Shown here in pieces: positions 11,337 to 23,349 of a stretch of 34,790 nt of DNA (the stretch's first letter is position 1; every line of letters starts with the position of its first letter). Origin of the DNA: Octopus bimaculoides (lineage: Eukaryota); the NCBI RefSeq assembly GCF_001194135.2, contig NC_068987.1, positions 39,474,096 through 39,508,885 on the forward strand. Direction: 5' to 3'. The notes beneath the pieces were generated by a model, which was given only the letters and a program-made list of their open reading frames with translations, ran no database searches and was not told where the DNA came from. Both the position numbers and the translations under genes were made by a program.

Positions 11337-13270
11337 CAGATTCCATCAGACCCTGGAGACTATTTGTTATTCAGCTTATTCACAGCTAAATAGATGTCAT
11401 TTAGAGTTGGTTCAAATGCAATCTCTTCTATAACTGCAAGATGTTCAATTTTCTCTATCCTCCTCATGTCAGCAGATGATAGTCTATTGAAAAGTGCAGC
11501 GCTTATGAAAGGAAGCAGTGTCAGTCAGAAGCAAATGTTCATTTGCTGTTCTCTGAAGAAGATTTTGGGCCATCCATATACCTCCTTAACATAAGAGTAC
11601 AAACCCATGGCATCATTTCTATTAGCTACTTCTTGTGGCCCTTTTGCTTTACCATTCCTGTTTAATTTTCCTCAGAGCGGTCTGCACTTTCCTTTTCATC
11701 TTTCTGTAAGTTTCGTTTGAGTTGGGGTTCAAGGACTGAGAAAGAAGTGTATTGCCTAAGTTGTTTTTCTAAAAGTAGATCATGAATTTCTGCTGATCTA
11801 TCTGAGAACTAGTCACTGGACTTACGTGATCTAAATCCCACTGATGAACTTGCAGCCTGAAACACTTTTGTTTTGAAATCTTCCCATAGATTGTTCGGGT
11901 CAAGATTGAAATATTCTATAGCACCAAGGAATCTTTGAAAGTTGCTTGATAATTTAAAGTTTTCAACATTTAACTTTTTGGGTACCTTAGAACCAGACTG
12001 TTGATTTTTAGGCATTATCGAAAAATCTATTTTTCCACGCACTAGATGATGGTCAGTCCAGCTCTCTGCCCCTCTCATGGTCTGAATGCTAGAAACGTCT
12101 TTCATATGTTTTCTGATCAGAATGTAATCTATGAGATGCCAGTGCTTAGATCTTGGGTGCATCCAGGTGGTTTTATATTTATTTTTCTGCTTATTCTCAG
12201 TATAAAAAGCTACTCCATTTTTATTACATTTTCCAATCCCATGTCAACCAAAGGCCATGAAACATAGTCCTTTCCAACTCTTGCATTGAAATCTCCCAAT
12301 ATGACCAGCTTGTCAGATATTGGTACTTTCCTCAATAATTGTGCTAGATCATCATAAAATTGTCCTACAGTTTCATCAGAATGGGACACTGTTGGTGCAT
12401 AAATACTGACAACAGCAAGAAACCTACCTTTTGTCAGTTTAATACAGCATGACATGATCCGTTGATATACCACTTGGAAGCTCTGCAATGGTGGATACTA
12501 ATTTAGTATTCTTGAGAGTAAACCCAACACCAGATTCTCTACACTGACCCTTAGGTAGGCCTCTCCAAAAGATAGTATATCCATAAGTAGGTTCATTTAC
12601 TTGACCCTCACCAGAGAGATGAGTTTCAGAGAGCGCAACTACAAGGGAATATTTCTTAAGCTCACATGCAATAAGTGCAGTACGTCTTTCTGGTCTCTTG
12701 TTGAAATTATCATCAAAAGTGTGTGCACATTCCAACAGCCAAAATTCAGATGTTTATTTTTACTTTTTCTTGAAGATTGTTTGACTACAGTGGCAGGATG
12801 ACGATCGGACCCAGCCTGTGATACACTGGGACACCTGCCAGACCTGTTCCCTTGACATTCCCAAACCTTTTTAGCCATTTACTGAATCTGCTTGAGACAT
12901 TTTAGATTAAGTTACAAGTGCATTTTTAGGTTTCTGCCAACCAACCAACCAATTCAATGATTTCACTAAGATTTGGTATACAGGAAGTACCTGTACAGAT
13001 GAATAGTTTCCAGTGGGTGTAGCTTGCACTGCACTACCCTCACCTATTGGCCCAAGAAGACTTTCACCAGTGTGACATGAAAATTGATAAAACCAGGAAC
13101 TTCCAAGGCCTCAGGTTTTATTTCAGAGATTTCCTTCTCCTAGGTAGATTAACAACCAAGGTTAAAGAGCTTCTACTTGCCCATGAGGTAAGCTATCTTA
13201 TTCCAGACACCAAACTGACCCTCAAATACTCTATAAAGTGATATCACTTCAGTGACCTACGTGGAGTAGT
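11337..13270 (-). mobile_element. RTE (BovB-like) LINE, 5' UTR + APE endonuclease + linker, truncated just before RT
   Basis: NFGCWNVHTL...RPERRTALIACELKKYSLVVALSETHLSGEG; SIYAPT...LVILGDFNARVG; HPRSKHWHLIDYIL; ends at NK*SPGSDGI. Multiple frameshifts. Confidence 0.9.
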
Positions 13271-13285
13271 TCATTCATACAGGTG

Positions 13286-13327
<42 letters not shown>

Positions 13328-13330
13328 TTA

Positions 13331-14498
13331 TTGGATCATTCTATAAATAAAGTGGTTTCTTTTTCAATTGTATGAACTAAAAGTCAGAGGGGGGACAGGA
13401 TAAACTACCTGCATCAACTTGCTATAAAAGCTGGTAGTAATTTTACCTTGAACTTATTCGTAGTGAAAGTTTTGAAGAGTGCAGTTCGATTTTAAGTTAT
13501 TTTTTCAAAGCTATAATGGAAGTGACAAAGGAGCATATTTTGCTTTATGTATTTAATAAAGACAACAACACAATGGAAAGTGTGGGGAATATTAATGCAG
13601 TATATGAAGATTGAACAATAAGCGTAACCCAGTATCAACTGTGGTTCTAGCAACTCTGAGTCGGAAACTACAGCCTAGAAGACGAGCCACATCCTGGAAG
13701 ACCTGTAGAGCTTGACAAAGATGTCCTGCAATCCTTGGTGGAACAAAATCCCATCGTGACTTGAGGAACTAGCAGAGAAGCTTGGATTTGGTTGTTCAAC
13801 CATTCAGCGACACCTGTGTGCCATCAGAAAAGTCAGTAAATTGGGTCAATGGGTTCCTCATAAACTTTCTGAGTCTAATTGTGCACAAGTAAATGTGTGC
13901 TTTTCTTTGCTGTCACGTCTCACAAATGAACCTTTTTTGGACCAAATAGCGACTGGTGACGAGAAATGGGTTCTCTCTAAAAATGTCAAATGCCAAAGAC
14001 AGTCAGTGGGAAAGGAGAAACACCAGCACCCCAAGCTAAAGAAGGTTTTCACCCACATCAGGTATTGTTATCTGTTTGCTGGGATATGAAAGGTTTAGTC
14101 CAGTTTGAACTTTTAAACCCAAACCTCACAATAACAAAGAAGATAAACAACCATCTTTGCTTTCAAAACAAAAGGTGTTCTTCCATCAGGATAATGCCCG
14201 CCCACACACAGCAAGGATGACATTTGAAAGGCTGGAGCAGTTTGAATGGAAAACGATGCCCCACCTACCATATTTGCTGGACATTGCCCTATCTGATTAT
14301 CATTTATTCTACATTCTTCAAAATCATTTGGATGGAAAAACTATAAATTCTGTACATGAGGTCAGAACGGTACTGGAGGAGTATTTTTCGTCATGGACAA
14401 GTGAATTTTGCAAGAGGGGCCTTGCAAGTCTAACAGATAGATGGAAGAGCATTGTAGAAAATGAAGGGGAGTATATTTTAGATTATAGAATGACCCAA
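13331..14498 (+). mobile_element. Full-length degenerate mariner transposon (D,D34D type)
   Basis: TIRs ttggatcattctataa / ttatagaatgacccaa, with TA on both sides. TGDEKW, HQDNARPH and ALSDYHLF motifs in broken frames. Confidence 0.95.
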
Positions 14499-15108
14499 TA
14501 TATATATATACATACTCGAAAGACAGAGAGAGGGTTTACTGTTTGACAGTGGCCTACAGCCATCCTTTCAGGTATAATCAATTATACTGGCCTCAGTATT
14601 ATATCAGAAAAGTGAAAAGGTTTGGATGGAATTTGAATTCACAGCATAAATACAAGAAAATATTTAATCCACTAATACTGACTGTGGCATCATAAATTAA
14701 GAATCTGGGCAAATAAAATGGACAATTATATAACCCTGAAATAAATAAATTCAGTAGTATACCATGATAAAAAAAATGAACAATGTTTTTGACCTCATAT
14801 TCATGGGTTTTTACCAAAGAAAATATTTATATTGCTAGATGTCCTTTTCATGATACATCTGCCACATCCACCTTTATGTTTCTCTGAATGGGTTCATGTT
14901 GATACAGACAATATGAATATGTTGTTTGTTTTACTACATCAAGCTACTTGTTAACATTAAATCAGCACAAATAGTTTTTATCTTTAGGTGAACTACTAAA
15001 TGCTGATACAAAAGTGATTGGACTCCAAATAGGGGTATTTTTATCAACTTATACTCCAAATTAAAAACTTGTACATATTTGTGTGCATGCATGCATATAT
15101 ATATATAC

Positions 15109-15147
<39 letters not shown>

Positions 15148-15205
15148 AAGGTACGAGCATTAAAGTATTTAATACACACTTGTAGCGATTTCATACATCT
15201 TTTTT

Positions 15206-15667
15206 TGAGCAAGATCGTTGCCGGTGCCCCTGGACTGGCTCATGTGCGGGCGACACATGAAATTTTTCGAGCGAGATCGTTGCCGGTACCCCTGGACTGG
15301 CTCTTGTGTGGGTGACACATGAAATGCACCACTTGAGCGGGACCGTTGCCAGTGCCACCTGGCTGGACTTTGTGGGATTTTCGAGCGAGATCGTTGCTAG
15401 TGCCCCTGGACAGGCTCTTGTGCGGGTGGCACATGAAATGCACCATTTTGAGCGTGGCCGTTGCCAGTGCCGCCTGACTGGCCTCCGTGCGGGTGACACG
15501 TAAAAGCACCCACTACACTCTCAGTGGTTGGCGTTAGGAAGGGCATCCAGCTGTAGAAACTCTGCCAAATCAGATTGGAGCCTGGTGTAGCCATCTGGTT
15601 TCACCAGTCCTCAGTCAAATCGTCCAACCCATGCTAGCATGGACAGCGGACGTCAAACGACGATGTT
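15206..15667 (+). mobile_element. RTE-related SINE-like element with five internal ~50-68-bp tandem units
   Basis: Repeated gagc(g)agatcgttgcc...ctggactggctc...cacatgaaat units, then the aagggcatccagc body and gat-type tail. Confidence 0.8.
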
Positions 15668-15672
15668 ACATA

Positions 15673-16839
15673 CAGGAGTTGGACAAAATAATGGAAACAC
15701 CAAGCATCATAATTTTGAAATATCTATAAAACAGTCAAAAGCTTGTTTATTTTTATGTTTTTAGATTTATTATTAGTGTTGTTTAATATGTCTTGCTAAA
15801 ATTGCTGTTTCTTTTCAGATACCATCAGAAAAAAGTAATTAAAATTCATTAAAATGATAGATTTATTGGACTTTCAAAGAGGTCAAATTGTTGGTGCTCG
15901 TACGGCAAGCACTAGCGTAATGAAAACAGCTGAAATGTTTGGTGTATCAAGAAGTACTGTCTCAAAAGTAATGACAGCCTTTGAGAAAGAGGGAAAAACC
16001 TCCTCGTCGAAACAGAACTCCAGAAGAAAGACAAAACTTTCAGATAGGGACTTTCGGACTCTTACTCAAATTGCTAGAAAAGATCACAAAAACTGTGCAC
16101 CAGGAGCTGCACAAAGCCGGATTTCATGGGAGGGCTGCAATCAGAAAACCACTAGTTTCAAAAACAAACATTGCAAAGCATTTAGAGTGGAATAAAGACC
16201 TACTGAATTGATCCCTAGAGCAGTGGAAGAATGTTATTTTCTCGGACAAGTCATCCTTTACCTTATTTCTGAATCCTTTACCTTATTTCTGACCACTGAC
16301 CCAGACTGCCTTCTTCCAAATGTTGAACATGGAGGAGAATCTGTGATGATCTGGGGGTCTATATCTTGGAAATCTGCCAGCCCAATGGTTTCCCTTCATG
16401 GTAGAATTAATAGTCAAGACTATTTAAGCATTTTATCTGATCAAATGGTTGCAGAACTGTTTCCAGAGGGAAACGCAGTCTTTCAGAATGATAATGCACC
16501 AATTCACACAGCTAAAGTTGTTACTGAATGACACGAGGAACATTCTAGTTGAACATCTTATCTGGCTACCACAGTCTCCAGATCTCAATATTATTGAACA
16601 TTTATGGTGCATTTTAGAAAAACAAGTAAGGAGTCGATATCCTCTACCATCACTACAAGAATTGGAGACTGTTTCAGCTGAAGAATGGATAAAAATTCTT
16701 TTGGAAACAATTCAAACTTTGTATGAGTCCATACCTTGTAGAATTCAGGCTGTAATTACTGCGAAAGGCAGTCCTACTCCATATTAAAATAAATTTGTTT
16801 GAAAATTTAAGGTGTTTCCATTATTTTGTTCAACCCCTG
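15673..16839 (+). mobile_element. Tc1-like transposon, degenerate
   Basis: 29-bp TIRs cagg(a/g)gttg(g/a)acaaaataatggaaacacc flanked by TA. DFQRGQIVGAR paired-like N-terminus; FSDKSS, FQNDNAPIH and SPDLNIIEHLW motifs; frameshifts. Confidence 0.95.
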
Positions 16840-18321
16840 TATATATAAATACACACACACAGAGTTGACATGAACAGGTGTCTCAATAATTAAATCTATG
16901 CAATGCTATCATACAGATATATGAATAGACAGCAGGCAAGTAGAGAAATACATCTACCTCCATTCTTTATTCCTATTTAGGCCTCACTACTAGTAATTTA
17001 GACACCTGTGCAAAACCACAGTAGAGATATACTCATTTATACACACACATACATTTTAAACTAAGTATGAAATGAAGTCTAAAAATAAAATCTCAATTTT
17101 TATTTATTTACTTTTTAGCATATATATATATCTGTTTTAGCCAATCAAGTGTAGAATCATAGCCTTATCAGGCATGGCTTTGTTATGCAAAACAATATCT
17201 GATTGATATGTGGCTTTATCATATCTCCAGATATCGACAGATGCAGCAGTTTGTCCATTTAGAGAGAAAATAAAATTCACTCATAGTTGTACAAAAAATA
17301 CTTTCTAAAAGTGGTGTTTGAAACTTCATAGTAACTGCATGACTAAGAAGCCAGTTGGTGTGATATCAGCTGCCAATTTGTTGTTTACAACAATGAAAAC
17401 TGCCTGAAAAAGAACTGGAACAAAAATAATTACACACACACAATATGTTGGAACCAGTAGAGATGATGAAGAGCTGAATTCAATAGATCCAGTTCTTGGT
17501 TCCAATATGGCTTGCTGTTGGATAAATTAAAGGAAAACAAATTAAAGAAGAAATAAATAGAACATTTAACTGAGATCAAATACAAAGACCTATTTATGTT
17601 GTATGTTTAATGTTGTTACATCAACGAGAAATTGCAAATAAAGGATCGAACTTGCTTCTTAACAAGTTAACTATAAAAATACATGGATGTATACAAATAT
17701 TTGTGGGAATGCATGTGTATGTATACAAGGACACTGAAAATGATGTCTCTACAAAGAGCTCACACTGAGAGCTCAACTTCTGGATTTTGGCAGTGAATTA
17801 ATTAAATGAGAAGTATGTCATTGGACAAAAAGACAGCCTACTGCAAGTAATGCATGAAGTGGCACATCTTCAAAAGTTGAATGAAGAAAGGCTTGCAGAA
17901 TGCACCCTAAATAGAAGTATCAACAATTAAACTACTATAAGTGATTCATTTAGTTCTAAGAGAGAAAGAGAGCTTTTCATTTTCCTAGCTCTTTTCCCAT
18001 TTAACAGCATACCATATATTCAGAGGTAACAAACAACTTGGTACTCTTCTTAAAGATATCAATGCACCAATTATTTTGTCCTAAAAAAACTGATGAAGAA
18101 AATAATAAAAATGATTTAATTACAGTGTTGTGATGATGAAGTCAAACAATGAGAAGAGAGGTTCTGAGAAAACATTCAATAAAGTCTAAAACATCACATT
18201 CAGAGGAGCATTTATATACAAACACACATACCTTCTTACAGAAATATATTTACATACCTATACTCTCTCACACACACACATACACATATACATACACACA
18301 CTCGTACAATACTTCAAACAA

Positions 18322-20697
18322 CTAATCACTCTCATCAGCATCTTCACATTCCATTTCTTCGTCTTCTTCCTCTTCCTCCTCTTCCTCTTCTTCTTCATCA
18401 TCATCCTCCTCTTCTTCTTCTTCTTCTTCTTCCTCCTCCTCCTCTTCTTCCTCCACTTCCTCATCATCTTCTACTTCAACTTCCTCCTCAACTTCCACCT
18501 CTTCTCCTGCATCTCCTTCTTCCTCCTCTTCATCTTCAACTTCTACTTTGACATCTTGGCTATCTTCATCATCCTCTACTTCAACAGTCTCTACTTCCTC
18601 CTCCTCCTCATCATCATCATCCTCCTCCTCCTCCTCTTCTTCTTCCTCCTCCTCCTCCTCCTCCTCTTCTTCATCCTCCTCCTCCTCCTCCTCTTCCTCT
18701 TCCTCACCAGATTTGGCAGAGTCTCCTTCCACAGTATGCTGTAGACGAAGAGGCGGAGTAGAAGGAACAGCTTGCTCTTCATCTTCATCTTCTTCTTCAC
18801 CAGCATCCACTTCTCCCTCTTCCTCTTCATCTTCCTCTTCTTCTTCCTCAATCTCTGCTGCAGCAGCTGCTTCAATGACCATTTGTTGTTGCTGTTGTTC
18901 CAACATCTGTCGCTCCAGTTCTTNNNNNNNNNNNNNNNNNNNNNNNNNNNNNNNNNNNNNNNNNNNNNNNNNNNNNNNNNNNNNNNNNNNNNNNNNNNNN
19001 NNNNNNNNNNNNNNNNNNNNNNNNNNNNNNNNNNNNNNNNNNNNNNNNNNNNNNNNNNNNNNNNNNNNNNNNNNNNNNNNNNNNNNNNNNNNNNNNNNNN
19101 NNNNNNNNNNNNNNNNNNNNNNNNNNNNNNNNNNNNNNNNNNNNNNNNNNNNNNNNNNNNNNNNNNNNNNNNNNNNNNNNNNNNNNNNNNNNNNNNNNNN
19201 NNNNNNNNNNNNNNNNNNNNNNNNNNNNNNNNNNNNNNNNNNNNNNNNNNNNNNNNNNNNNNNNNNNNNNNNNNNNNNNNNNNNNNNNNNNNNNNNNNNN
19301 NNNNNNNNNNNNNNNNNNNNNNNNNNNNNNNNNNNNNNNNNNNNNNNNNNNNNNNNNNNNNNNNNNNNNNNNNNNNNNNNNNNNNNNNNNNNNNNNNNNN
19401 NNNNNNNNNNNNNNNNNNNNNNNNNNNNNNNNNNNNNNNNNNNNNNNNNNNNNNNNNNNNNNNNNNNNNNNNNNNNNNNNNNNNNNNNNNNNNNNNNNNN
19501 NNNNNNNNNNNNNNNNNNNNCGTTCTAACTCTTGTTGGCGCTCCAGCTCTGCCTGTTGTCGTTCTAACTCTTGTTGGCGCTCTAGCTCTGCCTGTTGTCG
19601 TTCTAACTCTTGTTGGCGCTCCAGCTCTGCCTGTTGTCGTTCTAACTCTTGTTGGCGCTCTAGCTCTGCCTGTTGTCGTTCTAACTCTTGTTGGCGCTCT
19701 AGCTCTGCCTGTTGTCGTTCCAGCTCTTGTTGGTGCTCTCGCTCTGCCTGTTGTCGTTCCAGCTCTTGTTGTCGTTCCAGTTCTTTTTGGCGCTCCAACT
19801 CTGCCTGTTGTTCCAGTTCTTGTTGGCATTCTAGCTCTGCCTGTTGTTGTTCTAACTCTTGGCGCTTCAGCTCTGCCTGTTGTCGTTCTAACTCTTGGCG
19901 CTTCAGCTCTGCCTGTTGTCGTTCTAACTCTTGGCACTTTAGCTCTGCCTGTTGTTCCAGTTTCTGTTGGTGCTCTAGCTCTTCCTGTTGACGTTCCAGT
20001 TCTTGTTGGCGTTCAAACTCTGCCTGTTGTTTTTCTAACTCGTGTTGGCGCTTTAGCTCTGCTTGTCGTTCTAACTCTTGTTGGTGCTCTCGCTCTGCCT
20101 GTTGTTCTAATTTTTGTTGGCGCTCAAGCTCAGCCTGTTGTTGTTCCAGTGCTTGTTGGCGCTCCAACTCTGCCTGCTGTCGTTCTAATTTTTGCTGGCG
20201 TTCAATTTCCTTCTTCCTCTCTATCTCCTGGCGTTCAAATTCTTTCTGCCTCTCTAACTCTTTTTGTCTTTCTAATTCTTTCTGCCTCTCTATCTCTTTT
20301 TGTCGTTCTAATTCCTTCTGCTTCTCTACTTCTTTTTGTCTTTCTAAATCCCTCTGCCTCTCTATCTCCTTCTGACGTTCCTTTTGTCGTTCAACCTCTT
20401 TCTGTTTTTCAAGTTCCATCTGCTTATCAAGCTCCTTTTGTTTTTCAATTTCTTTCTTACGTTCAAACTCTTTTTTGCGTTCTTGTTCAAGGTCCTGTTT
20501 ACGTTGGGTCTTTTGCTGCTGCACTTGTTTGTCTTGATTTTCTTTCTTTCTTTTTGCTTCACTTTCCTGCCACCTATCATCATCTTGGTGCTCCCTTTTT
20601 CGGTTTTGCTCTTTCTGATGTATATCTTTCCGCAAAGTTTCTCGTGGCAAACTCTCCTTTCTGCTAACTTCTTCCTCTTCTGCATCCTCTTCTGACC
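18322..20697 (-). CDS. SNRPA1: Predicted terminal exon of the U2 snRNP A'-like gene: long E/K/R/Q repeat plus polyacidic extension
   Basis: Acceptor gtttctttgtAG|GG TCA GAA GAG is phase 1, matching the phase-1 donor at 25970. The frame is open for ~390 codons up to the gap. Left of the gap the same repeat continues (xELERQMLEQQQQQ) for ~200 codons to TAG at 18322-18324. The splice link to SNRPA1 is inferred. Confidence 0.7.
18924..19520. other. Assembly gap inside the coding tandem repeat
   Basis: 597 N. Both flanks are the ELERQ repeat, so the frame offset across the gap is not informative. Confidence 1.
19521..20440 (-). repeat. Coding minisatellite: 39-bp (QQAELERQQELER), 21-bp and 18-bp (QKELER) units
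   Basis: Near-perfect 39-bp units cgttctaactcttgttggcgctc(c/t)agctctgcctgttgt from 19521, becoming more diverged toward 20440. Confidence 0.95.
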
Positions 20698-20749
20698 CTA
20701 CAAAGAAACATATATATATTATAAATATATGCACACACACACACATTGA

Positions 20750-20900
20750 TTTTTATATAATGTTGAATGTACTGGTATGGTTATGTGATGCATATGATTA
20801 AGAAGAGCTGTATAACAAAAGCTGCTAAATGTGAATGAAACTTGTGGAAGAAGGAGACCCAGAAAGACATGGTATGAAATAGTGGAAGTTGATCTGACTA
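20750..20900 (+). mobile_element. RTE LINE 3'-end coding fragment
   Basis: Degenerate WYGYV...NETCGRRRPRKTWYEIVEVDL, matching the C-terminal GRGRPRKTW motif. Confidence 0.6.
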
Positions 20901-21539
20901 CAACAGTATTCAGTTGCTGCAATCATGAGCAAAATCTGCAAGAATTTCACCACTACTTTGTGCTACAGTTACATCCCTTCCTCTTTGGAACTACTTCCGT
21001 TTAAAATCCAACCATCATTTTCAATATCATACCTTTCCAATTTATTTTACTCCAATCATCCCTTCCTATGCCACAGTTATCTCTCCCTCTCCTGAGCCAA
21101 TCTTAGGACTGCCATACCTCATCCTTCCTGAACTATCACTTATCACTCCTCCTTCCTGATTTCCTCATTCCTATTTCTTTCTCTTCCCCTTATCTTACTG
21201 AAATTTTCCATTGACTACACATCCACTTTTGTTCCATGCATTCATCTCTACTCTCAACACTAACTCTGACACTCTCTTTTCATACTCTGTTCAATTTACC
21301 CACCCATCTTTCCCAATCCTGTTTGTATTTTCTCCTATTCTCACTTTGAGTATACAGACATCTTGTTGCCATCATCGTCTTCTTATTAGCTACTTATTTT
21401 TGCCCTTATATAATGTGAGATAGCCATATATCTCCTCTACAAGACACTTGTGCCTCTCCCTCAATCATACCCTCTAAACACCTGACATATAGCCATCTCC
21501 CTCTCTACTACAACCCCATTTAGTTGAGTTAGTTGGTGA

Positions 21540-21705
21540 CATTTATTCATAATGGTGTAAGGAAAAAAAACCACCCAGCACACTTTATAAAGTGGTTTAA
21601 GGAAGGACACCCAGCCATAGAAACTGGCTTGTTGGATCATCCTGTTGAACCATCCAAACAATGCCAGCATGGGAGACAGACGTCACATAGTGATAATGAT
21701 GATGC
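21540..21705 (+). mobile_element. Old RTE-related SINE 3' remnant
   Basis: aaggacacccagccatagaaact...ccatccaaacaatgccagcatgg...gatgatg resembles the 10700-10936 tail. Confidence 0.55.
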
Positions 21706-21948
21706 ACTTGGAGATATAATTATACACATACACACACGTAACATGAAATCCTAAAATATATATCATATGAAGCTTGTATTCTAATTTTCTGTTGGTTGTC
21801 AGATTAGGCCACAAATTGTAATTGCATCAACCTTAGTATTTAAATGCAAACTGGACACTAGAGTGAGGGAGATACATCAGTCTGACATGAACACAATCAA
21901 GTGTTTTTGTTCGAATGTAGTTTTTAGCCCCACAGTAATATAAACATA

Positions 21949-22951
21949 TAGGGTGTTAGGGCTAAATTTGACAATTGTTGTCTCCTTTTTTCAAGAACAG
22001 CTTGATATATGGTAAACAAACAGCTAACAACATTGGAGAACATAAAAATTAAAGTTGCATTTGAGAAAAAGATAGCTGGCACAAAGAGTTGGGAGCCATC
22101 TGAATATTGGAAAAAAGTTACCTCATTATGATGATTCATATTGGGTATCAAAAATGCTGACACCATGACTGCTGCTCAAAGCTCCATGAACAATGTAAAG
22201 ATTGTAAGACTATGAAGCTATGACCAGCAGGAGTTCCAACTGTGTTTGCAGGCCAGGATTCATCCAACAACTATGGGACTAGGTGATGGAAGATCCAGGC
22301 TTTAGCGAGAGAGATGGGTCTTGTAATAGCTACCATGAAACTGGCCCTGAATGAGGACCTTCGCAATCACTCATACAAAAAGTGCAAGGGACACATTCTG
22401 TCAGTTAGGGCCAAGGAGAACCACTTGATGAAGGCAAAGAAGATCCTGAACAAACTGAGGTAGCCTATTGAGCTGGGAATGATCTGATTCTTCTCAGATG
22501 AAAAGAAATTCTGTCAGGACCAGTTGCACAACACTGAGAACAACCAGTGACTTACCTACAACCCATGTTAGAAGTGATTGTCAGAGAATTTCTATGATTT
22601 TGCCAGTCCCAATTTCTGGCCTCCTAATTCCTTTGATTGTAATCCCATGGATATGTAGGTTGCAGTTGAGAAAGATACAAACCGCATTATCCGCAACATT
22701 AGTGCCAAGCTGGTGGCCAAGCTCAAGAATGGGTTTGAAGATCTTTCCAGGAACATATTGGCGAATGCATGTACCAAGTTCCAGAGCCATCTTGAAACTG
22801 TGGTGGAAACTGAGGGCAGCTAATTTGAGTAAACTGTTATCTCCCAGTCATAATCTAGTTGATATGTTACTATTTTTAAAAATACTTTTATTTTTGGAGG
22901 GAATATTGTGTTTTCCTTTTATGAAAACTCAAATTTAGCCTGTAAATCCTG
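21949..22951 (+). mobile_element. Internally deleted IS630-Tc1-mariner element, maT (DD37D)-like
   Basis: Degenerate TIRs sharing ggctaaatttga / tcaaatttagcc, with TA flanks. FFSDEKKFCQDQLHN and FWPPNSFDCNPMD motifs; the middle of the catalytic domain is missing. Confidence 0.75.
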
Positions 22952-23117
22952 TAAGATAGCACCATTATCATGGGCTGAACAACAAATCTCTAGCACTCTT
23001 GCTGCTTAGTGCTGCTTTTGTAATCTTAGTTTAGCAACTTTATCAACTTACACTACCTGATTATGGAAGGCATCATAATAAAATGTATCCAGTACCCTCT
23101 GTAAAGCAGCTGATGGA

Positions 23118-23330
23118 TCATCAACATCATTCAACATCCACTCTCCATGCTGGCATGAGTAGGACAGTTTAACAGAGAATCTGCAAGTTGCAGGGCTGCG
23201 TTGAGCTCCAAAGTCATCTTTGGATGCTTTCTAAGATAGATGCTCTTCCTACAGAGGGTACTGGGTGCTTTTTTATGCCATGAAACTTGCAACACAGAAA
23301 AGAACAGGGAAAAAGAAGAAAGGAAAAAAA
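23118..23330 (-). mobile_element. Old RTE-related SINE remnant
   Basis: catcattcaacatccactctccatgctggcatgagtaggacagtttaac is the reverse complement of the (gat)n tail family. Confidence 0.55.
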
Positions 23331-23349
23331 ATTCTCACTACTAAGCTTT

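Noticed and set aside
17443-17508. C/D-box snoRNA or pre-miRNA-like hairpin (ttggaacca...ATGATGA...CTGA...tggttccaa)
   Set aside because: CTGA lies only 4 nt after the C box and there is no D box next to the 3' stem. The stem is too short for a pre-miRNA.
18591-19937. Minus-strand PTRVRTTTGRA repeat ORF, and the plus-strand poly-Ser ORF 18548-19528
   Set aside because: Alternative frames of the same low-complexity sequence, extended artificially by Ns.
19521-20440. Regular repeat array as a CRISPR, or the long ORF as a stand-alone trichohyalin-like gene
   Set aside because: The units are contiguous with no unique spacers, in a eukaryotic context. The ORF's upstream Met lies in a microsatellite-like intron end, and a phase-matched acceptor explains the ORF better.
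18772-20667. 631-aa plus-strand ORF (VVLTLVGALALP repeats)
   Set aside because: Antisense shadow of the stop-poor coding repeat; it includes the N gap and has no independent start or splice support.
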